Shown piece by piece: positions 29,110-37,416 of a stretch of DNA of 53,758 nt; position 1 is the first letter of the stretch, and the number at the start of each line of letters is the position of its first letter. Source of the DNA: Solirubrobacteraceae bacterium (GTDB lineage Bacteria > Actinomycetota > Thermoleophilia > Solirubrobacterales > Solirubrobacteraceae). The notes beneath the pieces were generated by a model. The model was not told where the DNA came from and did not search any database. It saw only the letters and a program-made list of their open reading frames with translations. The stretch lies in assembly GCA_017882465.1 (NCBI GenBank), contig JADGPN010000001.1, positions 1 through 53,758 of the forward strand, given 5' to 3'. The position numbers and the translations under genes were made by a program.

Positions 29110-29394
29110 ATGTTGTCGCTGCGCCGGCAAGCGGTGGCCGCGGCCTATGCAGCAGCGGCCGCGAGGTTCGAGGCCATCGACCGCCGCAACCTGAGCCCGA
29201 TGGAGGTTGGTATCCACTGGGCGCTGGAGAGCGACCTGGTGCAGGCCGGCCACTCCTACCAGCAGCTCGCCGCGGCCCTGACCGCGTCGGACCCGGTCGC
29301 CTGGAACGCCGCGCACGCGAGCGTGACCGCGACCGTCGGCGCTCTGGGAGCCGAGCTCGATGAGCTGAGCGCGATCGGCTACTCGGTCGCGTGA
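29110..29394 (+). pseudogene. Orphan helical C-terminal tail, possibly of a Ser/Thr kinase
   Basis: AAYAAAAARF...LAAAL...AWNAAHASV...LSAIGYSVA; high GC3; directly upstream of an FHA gene. Confidence 0.35.
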
Positions 29395-29426
29395 AAGCGA
29401 TGCGCTTGCCGCGCCGAGGATCAGCC

Positions 29427-30116
29427 ATGGCTGATCTTCCGATCCGATCCCCGCTGGCTGCACACGGATCGACCCCGGTCGAGCTCCAGCAGCGGCTGGA
29501 GGCTGAGCGCCACGGTCAGCCGCATCTGGTCTACCGCGACGGTGACGGGCATCAGGTGATCTACGAGCTGCCCCGCGGCCGCGACCGCGTCACCATCGGA
29601 CGGCGCGAGGAGAGCGACATCGGCCTTCACTGGGATCGAGAGGTCTCGCGGCTGCACGCCGAGCTGCAGCGCGTCGGCCGCGATTGGACCATCGTCGATG
29701 ATGGGATCTCGCGCAACGGCTCGTTCGTGAACACGCTTCGGCTCCAGGGACGTCACCGGCTCAGAGACGGCGACGTGATCGTGGCCGGCCGGACGGCGAT
29801 CGTCTTCCGGGCCCCCGGTGTGTCTTTCGAGCGCACCAAATCGACCGTGCAGCTCGCGATCACCGCTTCGGTGACCCCGACCGAGCGCCGCCTCCTGCGC
29901 GCTCTGTGTCGGCCGCTACAGGACCCCAGCCACGCACTTCCGGCCAGCAACCAGGAGATCGCCGACGACCTGCACATGAGCATCCCCGGAGTGAAGAAGC
30001 GGCTCGGGCTCCTGTTCGAGCGCTTCGGCCTGGCCGAGCTTCCGCAGACCGAGAAGCGGACGCAGCTGGCCGCCGCGGCGCTCCGGCTCGGAGTCGTGTC
30101 CCGGCGCGACCTATGA
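29427..30116 (+). CDS. FHA-domain protein with C-terminal LuxR-like HTH
   Basis: TIGR...VSRLHA...SRNGSFVN FHA motifs; SNQEIADDLHMSIPGVKKRL HTH. Confidence 0.9.
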   Translation: MADLPIRSPLAAHGSTPVELQQRLEAERHGQPHLVYRDGDGHQVIYELPRGRDRVTIGRREESDIGLHWDREVSRLHAELQRVGRDWTIVDDGISRNGSFVNTLRLQGRHRLRDGDVIVAGRTAIVFRAPGVSFERTKSTVQLAITASVTPTERRLLRALCRPLQDPSHALPASNQEIADDLHMSIPGVKKRLGLLFERFGLAELPQTEKRTQLAAAALRLGVVSRRDL

Positions 30117-30154
30117 GGCGGCCCACCGGACCTGACGGTCGCAGCTGCCGGCGC

Positions 30155-30328
30155 TCAGGGCGAGACCGTTACGCGCACCTGCCCCGCGCGCGGGTCGGTC
30201 TCGAGCACCAGCAGGGAGGCGGCGGGCGCCGACACGATCGTGGCGCCCGACGTGATCGCCTTGTCGCCGGCCGGGTAGGCGATGGGCGGGACCTCCACCT
30301 GCGTGAGCGCCCGGGGCAGGCGCTGCAA
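30155..30328 (-). pseudogene. C-terminal remnant resembling the GH5 endoglycoceramidase beta-sandwich domain
   Basis: TQVEVPPIAYPAG...SGATIVSAPAASLLVL...QVRVTVSP*. Confidence 0.45.
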
Positions 30329-30465
30329 GCGTGATCCGGGTACCCGGATCCGATACCCGCGGCGCCGCGCTGATCCCGATTCCGCCGGGCCCGCCGGGCC
30401 CGCGCACGGAGCGCCACGCGCCGTTGGGGTGGCTGCTGATCGGCGTCCCCTATCCTCACTCGCCG

Positions 30466-30924
30466 ATGTCCCACTACTTCATCTGCCCGCACTGCGGCCA
30501 TCGCTCCATCGCGTCCGAGCGGACGGCCGGCTTTCGTCGTGACGCCAAGGGATGTGAGAAGTGCGGCTTTGCATACCTGTTCGAGCTGCTCGACGATTAC
30601 TACCCGGCCCCCAACGCCGCGTTCTTCGCCACCGACGCGGACGGCAAGATCGTCGATTGCGGCAAGGGCTCCTTCGAGCTCACCGGATTGAAGACCGAGC
30701 AGGTGATCGGCCGCCCGGTCAATGACGTGCTCGGGCTGCGGTTCGAGGACGGCACCGATCACGTGGGCACGGCGCTCGAGTGGGAGGTGCGCGTGAAGGC
30801 CAAGCCGGTCGAGGTCCACGCGGAAGGCGATCTGCCGGCCAAGGCCGTCGCCGACATCTTCCCGGCCTACGACGACGATGAGGGCGGACTGCTCGTCGTC
30901 CTGACGCCGGCCAACCACCGCTAG
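30466..30924 (+). CDS. Zn-ribbon plus PAS-like domain protein
   Basis: CPHC...CEKC then FATDADGKIV...ELTG...VIGRP PAS-like signature. Confidence 0.8.
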   Translation: MSHYFICPHCGHRSIASERTAGFRRDAKGCEKCGFAYLFELLDDYYPAPNAAFFATDADGKIVDCGKGSFELTGLKTEQVIGRPVNDVLGLRFEDGTDHVGTALEWEVRVKAKPVEVHAEGDLPAKAVADIFPAYDDDEGGLLVVLTPANHR

Positions 30925-30981
30925 GGATGGTCCCCGTGGGGACCGAGGACCGGGCCGACCACTAGCATCCTGGCGAGCTCT

Positions 30982-33900
30982 ATGACCGTCCGCCAACGCA
31001 ACGGCTTCGTTCTGCTTCTGGTTCTCGGGCTGCTCGCCGCCTCGGTCGCGGTGATCGCCACGCACCAGACGCGACTCGGGCTCGACCTGAAGGGCGGCGT
31101 GGAGCTCGTGTACCAGGGCCTGCCGACCAAGCAGACGCCCGTGGTCACCCAGGACGCGCTCACCCGCGCGGTCGACATCATCCGCGAGCGCGTTGACCAG
31201 CTCGGCGTCGCCGAGCCCGAGATCCAGCGGTCGGGGACGAACCAGATCAGCGTCGGGCTGCCTGACGTCAAGGATTTCGCTCGGGCCGAGAAACAGGTCG
31301 GAACCACCGCCCAGCTGGCCTTCTACGACTGGGAGGCCAACGCGCTGACGCCGAACGGCAAGACCGTCGCCGCCCAGCTCGCCGCCCAGGACCAGAACGC
31401 GCTCACGATCAGCCAGGGAAGCGGCGTCGGCCCCGGCGAGCCCGGCTCGGGCAGCATGCTGCTCTACGACGCGGTCAAGCTCGCGGCCGCGCAGCCCGAG
31501 CAGGTCTCCAAGGACAACCTGCGGCTGGGCAACGAGTACTACATGTTCGGCGCGCCCGGCAGCGTCGCGTGCACGACCGCGGCCAAGCAGCAGGGGAAGA
31601 CGCCGACCGCCGGCGTCCATTGCCTCCTGTCGGGCCCCGACACCTCGGAGCAGGACCTGATCTCCGGGCTGCCCTCCGGCGTGAAGGCCTCGGACCCCGG
31701 AGTGGAACAGCTGGTGATCAAGCCGGGCACCGTCGTGATCCAGGCAGCCGACCCGAGCGCCGCCCACACCACCAACTTCAACGGTCCCACGGCTCAGTTC
31801 TTTGTCCTCAAGGATCACGTCGCGCTGCTCGGGACCGACATCTCCAACCCGACGCAGAGCACCGACTCGGGCGGTAACCCCGACGTGACGTTCTCCTTCA
31901 GCGGCAACGGCGGCAACAAGTTCCAGAACGTCACCCGCACCATCGCCCAGCGCGGTCAGACGGTCAGCGGTCTGGGCCAGACCCTGGACCAGCACTTCGC
32001 GGTGGCGCTCGACCGCAAGCTCGTGACCGTGCCGCAGATCGACTTCAAGCAGTACCCGGACGGGATCACGGGCGGGCAGGGTGCCGACATCACCGGCGGG
32101 TTCACGATCCAGTCGGCTCAGGACCTCGCCAACCTGCTGAGGCTCGGTGCGCTTCCGATCAACCTGAAGCTGATCTCCGAGTCCCAGGTGTCGGCCACGC
32201 TCGGCAAGCAGGCGCTCCATCAGGGCCTGATCGCGGGCCTCGTCGGCCTCGCCATCGTGGCGATCTTCCTGATCATTTTCTACCGCGTGCTCGGCGTGAT
32301 CGCGACCGCCGCTCTGCTCGTCTACGCGATCTACTTCTACGCGCTGATCAAGCTGATCCCGATCACGCTCACCCTGCCGGGGATCGCGGGTCTGATCCTG
32401 ACCATCGGCGTGGCGGCCGACGCCAACATCGTGATCTTCGAGCGCGTCAAGGAGGAGGTCCGGGCCGGGCGCTCGATCCGCCAGTCGATCATCACGGGTT
32501 ACAAGAAGGGCTTGACGGCGATCATCGACGCCAACGTGGTCACGATCATGACCGCGTTCATCCTGTTCGTGCTCGCGACGGCGGAGGTCAAGGGCTTTGC
32601 CTTCACGCTCGGGATCGGCACGATCGTGTCGCTGTTCACCGCCGTGATGGCGACCCAGGCGATCCTGATGACCATGGGCGACTCGAGAGTGATCTCCAGT
32701 CCGGCCGCACTGGGCGTGAAGCAGGGCGGGCGCTCCTGGCGGTTCGACTTCATGGGCGCCTCGAAGTACTTCTTCTCGATGTCGGGCGCGATCCTGCTGA
32801 TCGGCGCTCTGGCCATCGGCGGCCGCGGCCTGAACCTGGGGATCGACTTCACCTCCGGGACCCGGATCAACGTCGGGCTGGTCCAGGCAGCCAGCGAGTC
32901 CCAGGTGCGTGGTGTCCTCGCCGCTGCCGGGGCCGGAGACGCCCAGGTGCAGAAGGTCGCGGGCGACAAGACGCTGGGCCGCAACGGCTACCAGATCTCC
33001 GCCAAGCAGCTCCAGCCGGCCAAGGTGCAGCAGGTCCGCTCCCAATTGGACTCGAAATTCGGGCTGGCCAACGGCGGCCAGGACTTCTCGAGCGATTCCG
33101 TCGGCCCGACCTTCGGCAAGACCGTGGCCGACAGCGCTCTGGTGGCGATCATCGCCTCGCTGCTGGTGATCTCCGCCTACGTCGCGCTGCGCTTCGAATG
33201 GAAGTTCGCCGTTCCGGTGCTGATCGCGTTGATGCACGACCTGCTGATCACCGCAGGCGTGTATTCGCTGACTGGCCGGGAGGTGACGACAGCGACCGTG
33301 GCCGCGCTGCTGACCATCCTGGGCTACTCGCTCTACGACACGATCATCGTGTTCGACCGGGTGCGTGAAAACGTCCCGCGGATGCCACGCGCCGCCTTCT
33401 CGCAGATCGTCAACCGCTCCATGTCCGAGGTGCTGACGCGTTCACTGGCGACCACGTCGTGCACGCTGATGCCGATCCTCGCGCTGCTGCTGTTCGGCGG
33501 CGCGACACTCAAGGACTTCGCCTTCGCGCTGCTCATCGGCGTCGCCTCCGGCGCCTACTCGTCGATCTTCATCGCCTCGCCGGTGCTGACCCACTGGAAG
33601 GAGCGCGAGCCGCAGTACCGCTCCCGCCGCCGCCGGATCGAGGCCGATCTGGGCCACGTCCCGGCCTACGCGGCCACCGGCGCCGACGTCGACCCGACGC
33701 CGAAGCGCGGCGGCCGCGGGGGCCGGCTCACGACGCCCGAGCCGGAGACCGTCTCGGCGGCCGAGTTCGAGCAGATGAAGCGCGACCTCGAGATCGAGCG
33801 CAACGAGGCCAAGCGCGGGAGCTCGACCCGGTCGATCACCAAGCGCCTCGCGCGGACAGCGGACGAGAGCGCCGGCGCCCCTGAGCCGGCCGCCAAGCCC

Positions 33901-34137
33901 GCGGCGAACCCGGCCGCCAAGCCGGCCGCGAAGCCCGATGGGCAGGCCGCGAAGCCCGCGCCCAAACCGACCGCCGAGCCCGAAGGGCCGCCCGCCAAGC
34001 CGGCGGCGGATGGGGCCGCCGAGGACATCGTGCATGCCCCCGATGTGGCCGAGAACGAGGGCGTCTCCCCGGTCCAGAAGCCCAAGTCGGCGTCGAAGCC
34101 GAGATCACGCAACCGCAGGCACGGAAGGCGCCGATGA
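30982..34137 (+). CDS. secDF: Fused protein translocase subunit SecDF
   Basis: LGLDLKGG, GALP, TLPGIAG, DANIVIFER (SecD); GIDFTSG, HD, GYSLYDTIIVFDRVREN (SecF); PAAK low-complexity tail. Confidence 0.97.
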   Translation: MTVRQRNGFVLLLVLGLLAASVAVIATHQTRLGLDLKGGVELVYQGLPTKQTPVVTQDALTRAVDIIRERVDQLGVAEPEIQRSGTNQISVGLPDVKDFARAEKQVGTTAQLAFYDWEANALTPNGKTVAAQLAAQDQNALTISQGSGVGPGEPGSGSMLLYDAVKLAAAQPEQVSKDNLRLGNEYYMFGAPGSVACTTAAKQQGKTPTAGVHCLLSGPDTSEQDLISGLPSGVKASDPGVEQLVIKPGTVVIQAADPSAAHTTNFNGPTAQFFVLKDHVALLGTDISNPTQSTDSGGNPDVTFSFSGNGGNKFQNVTRTIAQRGQTVSGLGQTLDQHFAVALDRKLVTVPQIDFKQYPDGITGGQGADITGGFTIQSAQDLANLLRLGALPINLKLISESQVSATLGKQALHQGLIAGLVGLAIVAIFLIIFYRVLGVIATAALLVYAIYFYALIKLIPITLTLPGIAGLILTIGVAADANIVIFERVKEEVRAGRSIRQSIITGYKKGLTAIIDANVVTIMTAFILFVLATAEVKGFAFTLGIGTIVSLFTAVMATQAILMTMGDSRVISSPAALGVKQGGRSWRFDFMGASKYFFSMSGAILLIGALAIGGRGLNLGIDFTSGTRINVGLVQAASESQVRGVLAAAGAGDAQVQKVAGDKTLGRNGYQISAKQLQPAKVQQVRSQLDSKFGLANGGQDFSSDSVGPTFGKTVADSALVAIIASLLVISAYVALRFEWKFAVPVLIALMHDLLITAGVYSLTGREVTTATVAALLTILGYSLYDTIIVFDRVRENVPRMPRAAFSQIVNRSMSEVLTRSLATTSCTLMPILALLLFGGATLKDFAFALLIGVASGAYSSIFIASPVLTHWKEREPQYRSRRRRIEADLGHVPAYAATGADVDPTPKRGGRGGRLTTPEPETVSAAEFEQMKRDLEIERNEAKRGSSTRSITKRLARTADESAGAPEPAAKPAANPAAKPAAKPDGQAAKPAPKPTAEPEGPPAKPAADGAAEDIVHAPDVAENEGVSPVQKPKSASKPRSRNRRHGRRR

Positions 34138-34183
34138 TCCTGGGTTCGCCCGCGCCACATCACAACCTTCGAGGAGGCCGCTG

Positions 34184-34471
34184 ATGGGAATGCTCGCCTG
34201 GGTGATGATGGGCCTCGCCATCTGGCACTTCACGATCTGGCTGCCCGATCACTACTGGGGCGGGATCGTGGGCGCCTTCGTCGGCGCGCTGATCGGCTCC
34301 GTGCTGTTCGGCCTGATCGTCAACGGCCTTCAGATTCCCGGTCGTCACGACACCACCGTGCTCACGGCGCTGGAGGCGATTCCCGGGGCGCTGATCGGCA
34401 TCGGCCTCGTGTACTACGAGGGCCTCCGCCGCGAGCGGGCCGGGCACGCCGGCGCTCCCGGCGTCGCCTGA
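34184..34471 (+). CDS. Small 3-TM membrane protein
   Basis: MGMLAWVMMGLAIWHFTIWLPDHYWGGIVGAF...; SD GAGGAGG upstream. Confidence 0.8.
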   Translation: MGMLAWVMMGLAIWHFTIWLPDHYWGGIVGAFVGALIGSVLFGLIVNGLQIPGRHDTTVLTALEAIPGALIGIGLVYYEGLRRERAGHAGAPGVA

Positions 34472-34600
34472 GCCACGACGCTCGGGTTCGCCGCGCGGAC
34501 CTCGAACCCGTTCAGCCCTCGGGCTGCTCGATCCCGCCGGATCCGGTCGCGCGGGCGCGGGGCGGGCCGATCTGTCGGGAGCGGGACCTACGCTGCGTCC

Positions 34601-37255
34601 ATGTCCGAGGCAGCCCTGATCAAGACCGCTCTCACGCCGACCGGCGTGGCGGTGGCGGCCGTGGCGCCGCCCGCCGCTCCGCAGGGTCTGGCGCCGCCCG
34701 CCGTCGCGCCGCCACCGTCGCTGCGCGTGCTGCCCGACCCGGCGGAGGAGTTCCAGCCGGGTGCGCGGGCTCCGCAGCCGCCGGTGCCGCGCCTGCAGAT
34801 CCCAGGCTATGAGCTGTCCGACGCGCTGGCCCTCGAGCACGCGCTTGGCGTGAGCCACGTCCTGGCCCAGATCCTGGTCCGGCGGGGGCTGTCCGACGCG
34901 GGCACCGCCGCCGCCTTCCTGATGCCGAGCGAGTCACACGACGCGAGCGAGTTCGACGGCATCGAAGTGGCGCTCGCCGTGATCCAGCGCCGCATCGACG
35001 CGGGTGCCCGGATCACGGTCCACGGCGACTACGACGTCGACGGCGTCTGCGCGACCGCCATCCTCGTGCGGGCGCTGCGCTCGCTGGGCGCCGACGTCGA
35101 CTGGTTCCTGCCAAGCCGGATCGACGACGGGTACGGGCTCGCGGCCGCCACCGTCGAGCGGCTCGCCGTGCGGGGGACGCGGCTGCTGATCACGGTCGAT
35201 TGCGGGATCACGGCGGTCGAGGAGACCGCCGCCGCGCGTGCCGCCGGCATCGACGTCGTGATCACCGACCATCACTCACCCCGGGCCGACGGGGCGCTCC
35301 CGGATGCCCCGATCGTGCATCCCGCCGTTTGCGGCTATCCGTGCCCCGAGCTGTGCGGCACCGCTGTGGCGTTCAAGCTCGCCGAGGCGCTCGGCGCCGG
35401 CACCGCCGCCGAGGACGTCGAGCTTGTCGCCCTGGCCACGGTGGCCGATCTGGTCCCGCTGGGCGGGGAGAACCGCCGCCTGGTGCGGGCCGGGTTGCAC
35501 GCAATGGCCAACACCGCCAAGCCGGGCCTGCGAGCGCTGATGGCGGTCTCACGCACCGATCCCAGCGGGCTCGATGCCAAGGCGCTCGGATTCCGGCTGG
35601 CGCCGAGGATCAACGCCGCCGGCCGGCTGCGCCGCGCCGACGCCGGACTCGAGCTGCTGCTCACCGACGACGAGGTCCGGGCCGCCGAGGTGGCAGCGGA
35701 GCTCGACGCCGCCAACCTCGAGCGGCGGGCGGTCGAGCAGCGGATCTGGTGGGAGGCCGAGGCCCAGGTGGCCGCGCTCGGTGAACGCAGCGCCTACGTG
35801 CTCGCCGCCGAGGGCTGGCATCCCGGCGTGATCGGCATCGTCGCCTCGCGCGTGACCGAGCGCCATCACCGTCCGGCGATCCTGGTGGCGCTCGACGGCG
35901 ACGCTCCGGCCCAGGGGTCGGGCCGGAGCATCCCCGGCTTCGACTTGCTCGGGGCGCTGCACAGCGCTGCCGGCGAGCTGATTCGCTACGGCGGCCACCG
36001 CGCCGCGGGCGGCCTGACCGTCATGCCGGAGCGGATTGAGGGGCTGCGAGCGGCGGTCGAGGCGCACGCGGTGGAGATGCTCACCGACGAGCAGCTGACT
36101 CCGGTGGAGCGGATCGACGCCGTCGCCTCGGGTCGCGATCTGGGCATGGTGCTGGCGGAGGAGCTCGAGCTGCTCGAGCCCTGCGGCATGGGCAATCCCT
36201 CGCCCCGGCTGCTGATCCCCGGCGCCCGCTTCGGCGATCTGCGCCCGATGGGGGAGGGGAAGCACGCGCGCTTCTCGGTCCACTCGGGCGGAGCCCAGGC
36301 CAAAGCGGTCGCCTTCGGGTGCGACGGCCGCCTGCCGGGCGAGCCGGATGGCGCCCTCGATGCGAGCTTCAAGCTCGAGCGCAACCTGTGGAACGGGGTC
36401 GTCGAGCCCCGGCTCGTCCTGCGCCACGCGCAGCCATGCCGGCCCGGGGACATTCGGGCGCTCGGCGAGCCGAGCGACTACCTCGCCGCCGCACTGGCCG
36501 AGCTCGATGCCGACCTTTCCGGAGCGTTCGGGGGGGATATCTCCCGTGCCGGTGGGATGCCCGGAGCCGCGGTCGCCGCCGGCCGCACGGTCTTGGACCG
36601 GCGCGGGGAGGGCCCGCTCGCGGTGCTCGCCGATGCGCTCAGCTGCGGCGCGTCCGTGCTGGCCGTATGCGCTCACGTTGACCGGCGGCTCGAGGGTCTC
36701 GGTGCGCGGGCGGGCGGTTTCTCGCTCGTCTCCCACCACGCGCTCGAGCTCGAGCCGGGCCTCGCAGACCCCCACGACCAGCTTGTGGCCCTGGATCCGC
36801 CGACATCCGCCGCGTCCGCCGCCGCGCTGCGGTCCGGGGGCCTCGAGGCGGTCCCGGCGGGCATGACCGCGGTCGCGGGGTTTACCCACTTGGCCTGGGG
36901 CCCCGCTGAGCTACGCTTTGCAGAGCAGATGCACGAGCTGGAGTACGGTCTCCGCACTTCGCTCGTCTCTCTGTACCGCGCCCTGAGGGAGCGGGACAGG
37001 GTGGCCGGTGAGGAGCTCGAGCGACTGCTTCGCGGCGATGACCGGCACCCACGACCGGCAAGGCTGGCCGGAAGGCTGATCAGGGTCCTCGCGGAGCTGG
37101 AGCTCGTCAGCCTCGACCGGGATCTGCCGGCCATGGCCATCGCGGGCTCGGCGCCGACGGCGCTGGAGCGCTCGGCGGCGTTTCTGGCCTATCAACAGCG
37201 ATATGAGGACGGACGGCGATACCTGAGCAGCGAAACCCACCGGCGAAGCGTCTGA
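34601..37255 (+). CDS. recJ: ssDNA-specific exonuclease RecJ with C-terminal extension
   Basis: GDYDVDG, TVDCG, TDHH, ATVADLVPL, PRINAAGR, GSGRS, GGH. Confidence 0.96.
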   Translation: MSEAALIKTALTPTGVAVAAVAPPAAPQGLAPPAVAPPPSLRVLPDPAEEFQPGARAPQPPVPRLQIPGYELSDALALEHALGVSHVLAQILVRRGLSDAGTAAAFLMPSESHDASEFDGIEVALAVIQRRIDAGARITVHGDYDVDGVCATAILVRALRSLGADVDWFLPSRIDDGYGLAAATVERLAVRGTRLLITVDCGITAVEETAAARAAGIDVVITDHHSPRADGALPDAPIVHPAVCGYPCPELCGTAVAFKLAEALGAGTAAEDVELVALATVADLVPLGGENRRLVRAGLHAMANTAKPGLRALMAVSRTDPSGLDAKALGFRLAPRINAAGRLRRADAGLELLLTDDEVRAAEVAAELDAANLERRAVEQRIWWEAEAQVAALGERSAYVLAAEGWHPGVIGIVASRVTERHHRPAILVALDGDAPAQGSGRSIPGFDLLGALHSAAGELIRYGGHRAAGGLTVMPERIEGLRAAVEAHAVEMLTDEQLTPVERIDAVASGRDLGMVLAEELELLEPCGMGNPSPRLLIPGARFGDLRPMGEGKHARFSVHSGGAQAKAVAFGCDGRLPGEPDGALDASFKLERNLWNGVVEPRLVLRHAQPCRPGDIRALGEPSDYLAAALAELDADLSGAFGGDISRAGGMPGAAVAAGRTVLDRRGEGPLAVLADALSCGASVLAVCAHVDRRLEGLGARAGGFSLVSHHALELEPGLADPHDQLVALDPPTSAASAAALRSGGLEAVPAGMTAVAGFTHLAWGPAELRFAEQMHELEYGLRTSLVSLYRALRERDRVAGEELERLLRGDDRHPRPARLAGRLIRVLAELELVSLDRDLPAMAIAGSAPTALERSAAFLAYQQRYEDGRRYLSSETHRRSV

Positions 37256-37416
37256 GCCGCTCCGGCGCCCTCGCCAAGCAGGGTGCGGCTGCCGCTGCGC
37301 CCGGGCCCGGCGAGCCGGACTCGGGCGAGGGCGCCGGCCGGGCGGCCGCGGACCAGGCCTCGCGCGCGGACGGGGACGAGAGCGGCCGCGGGACGCTGAT
37401 CGCCACTCCGCGTCCG

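Noticed and set aside
30169-33237. 1022-aa antisense ORF, and similar long shadows at 22925-24673, 39698-41722 and 6862-8841
   Set aside because: Antisense or alternate-frame shadows of real high-GC genes with no motifs.
33880-34010. PAAK-type repeats at the end of secDF
   Set aside because: Low-complexity coding tail, common in Actinobacteria; not a separate element.
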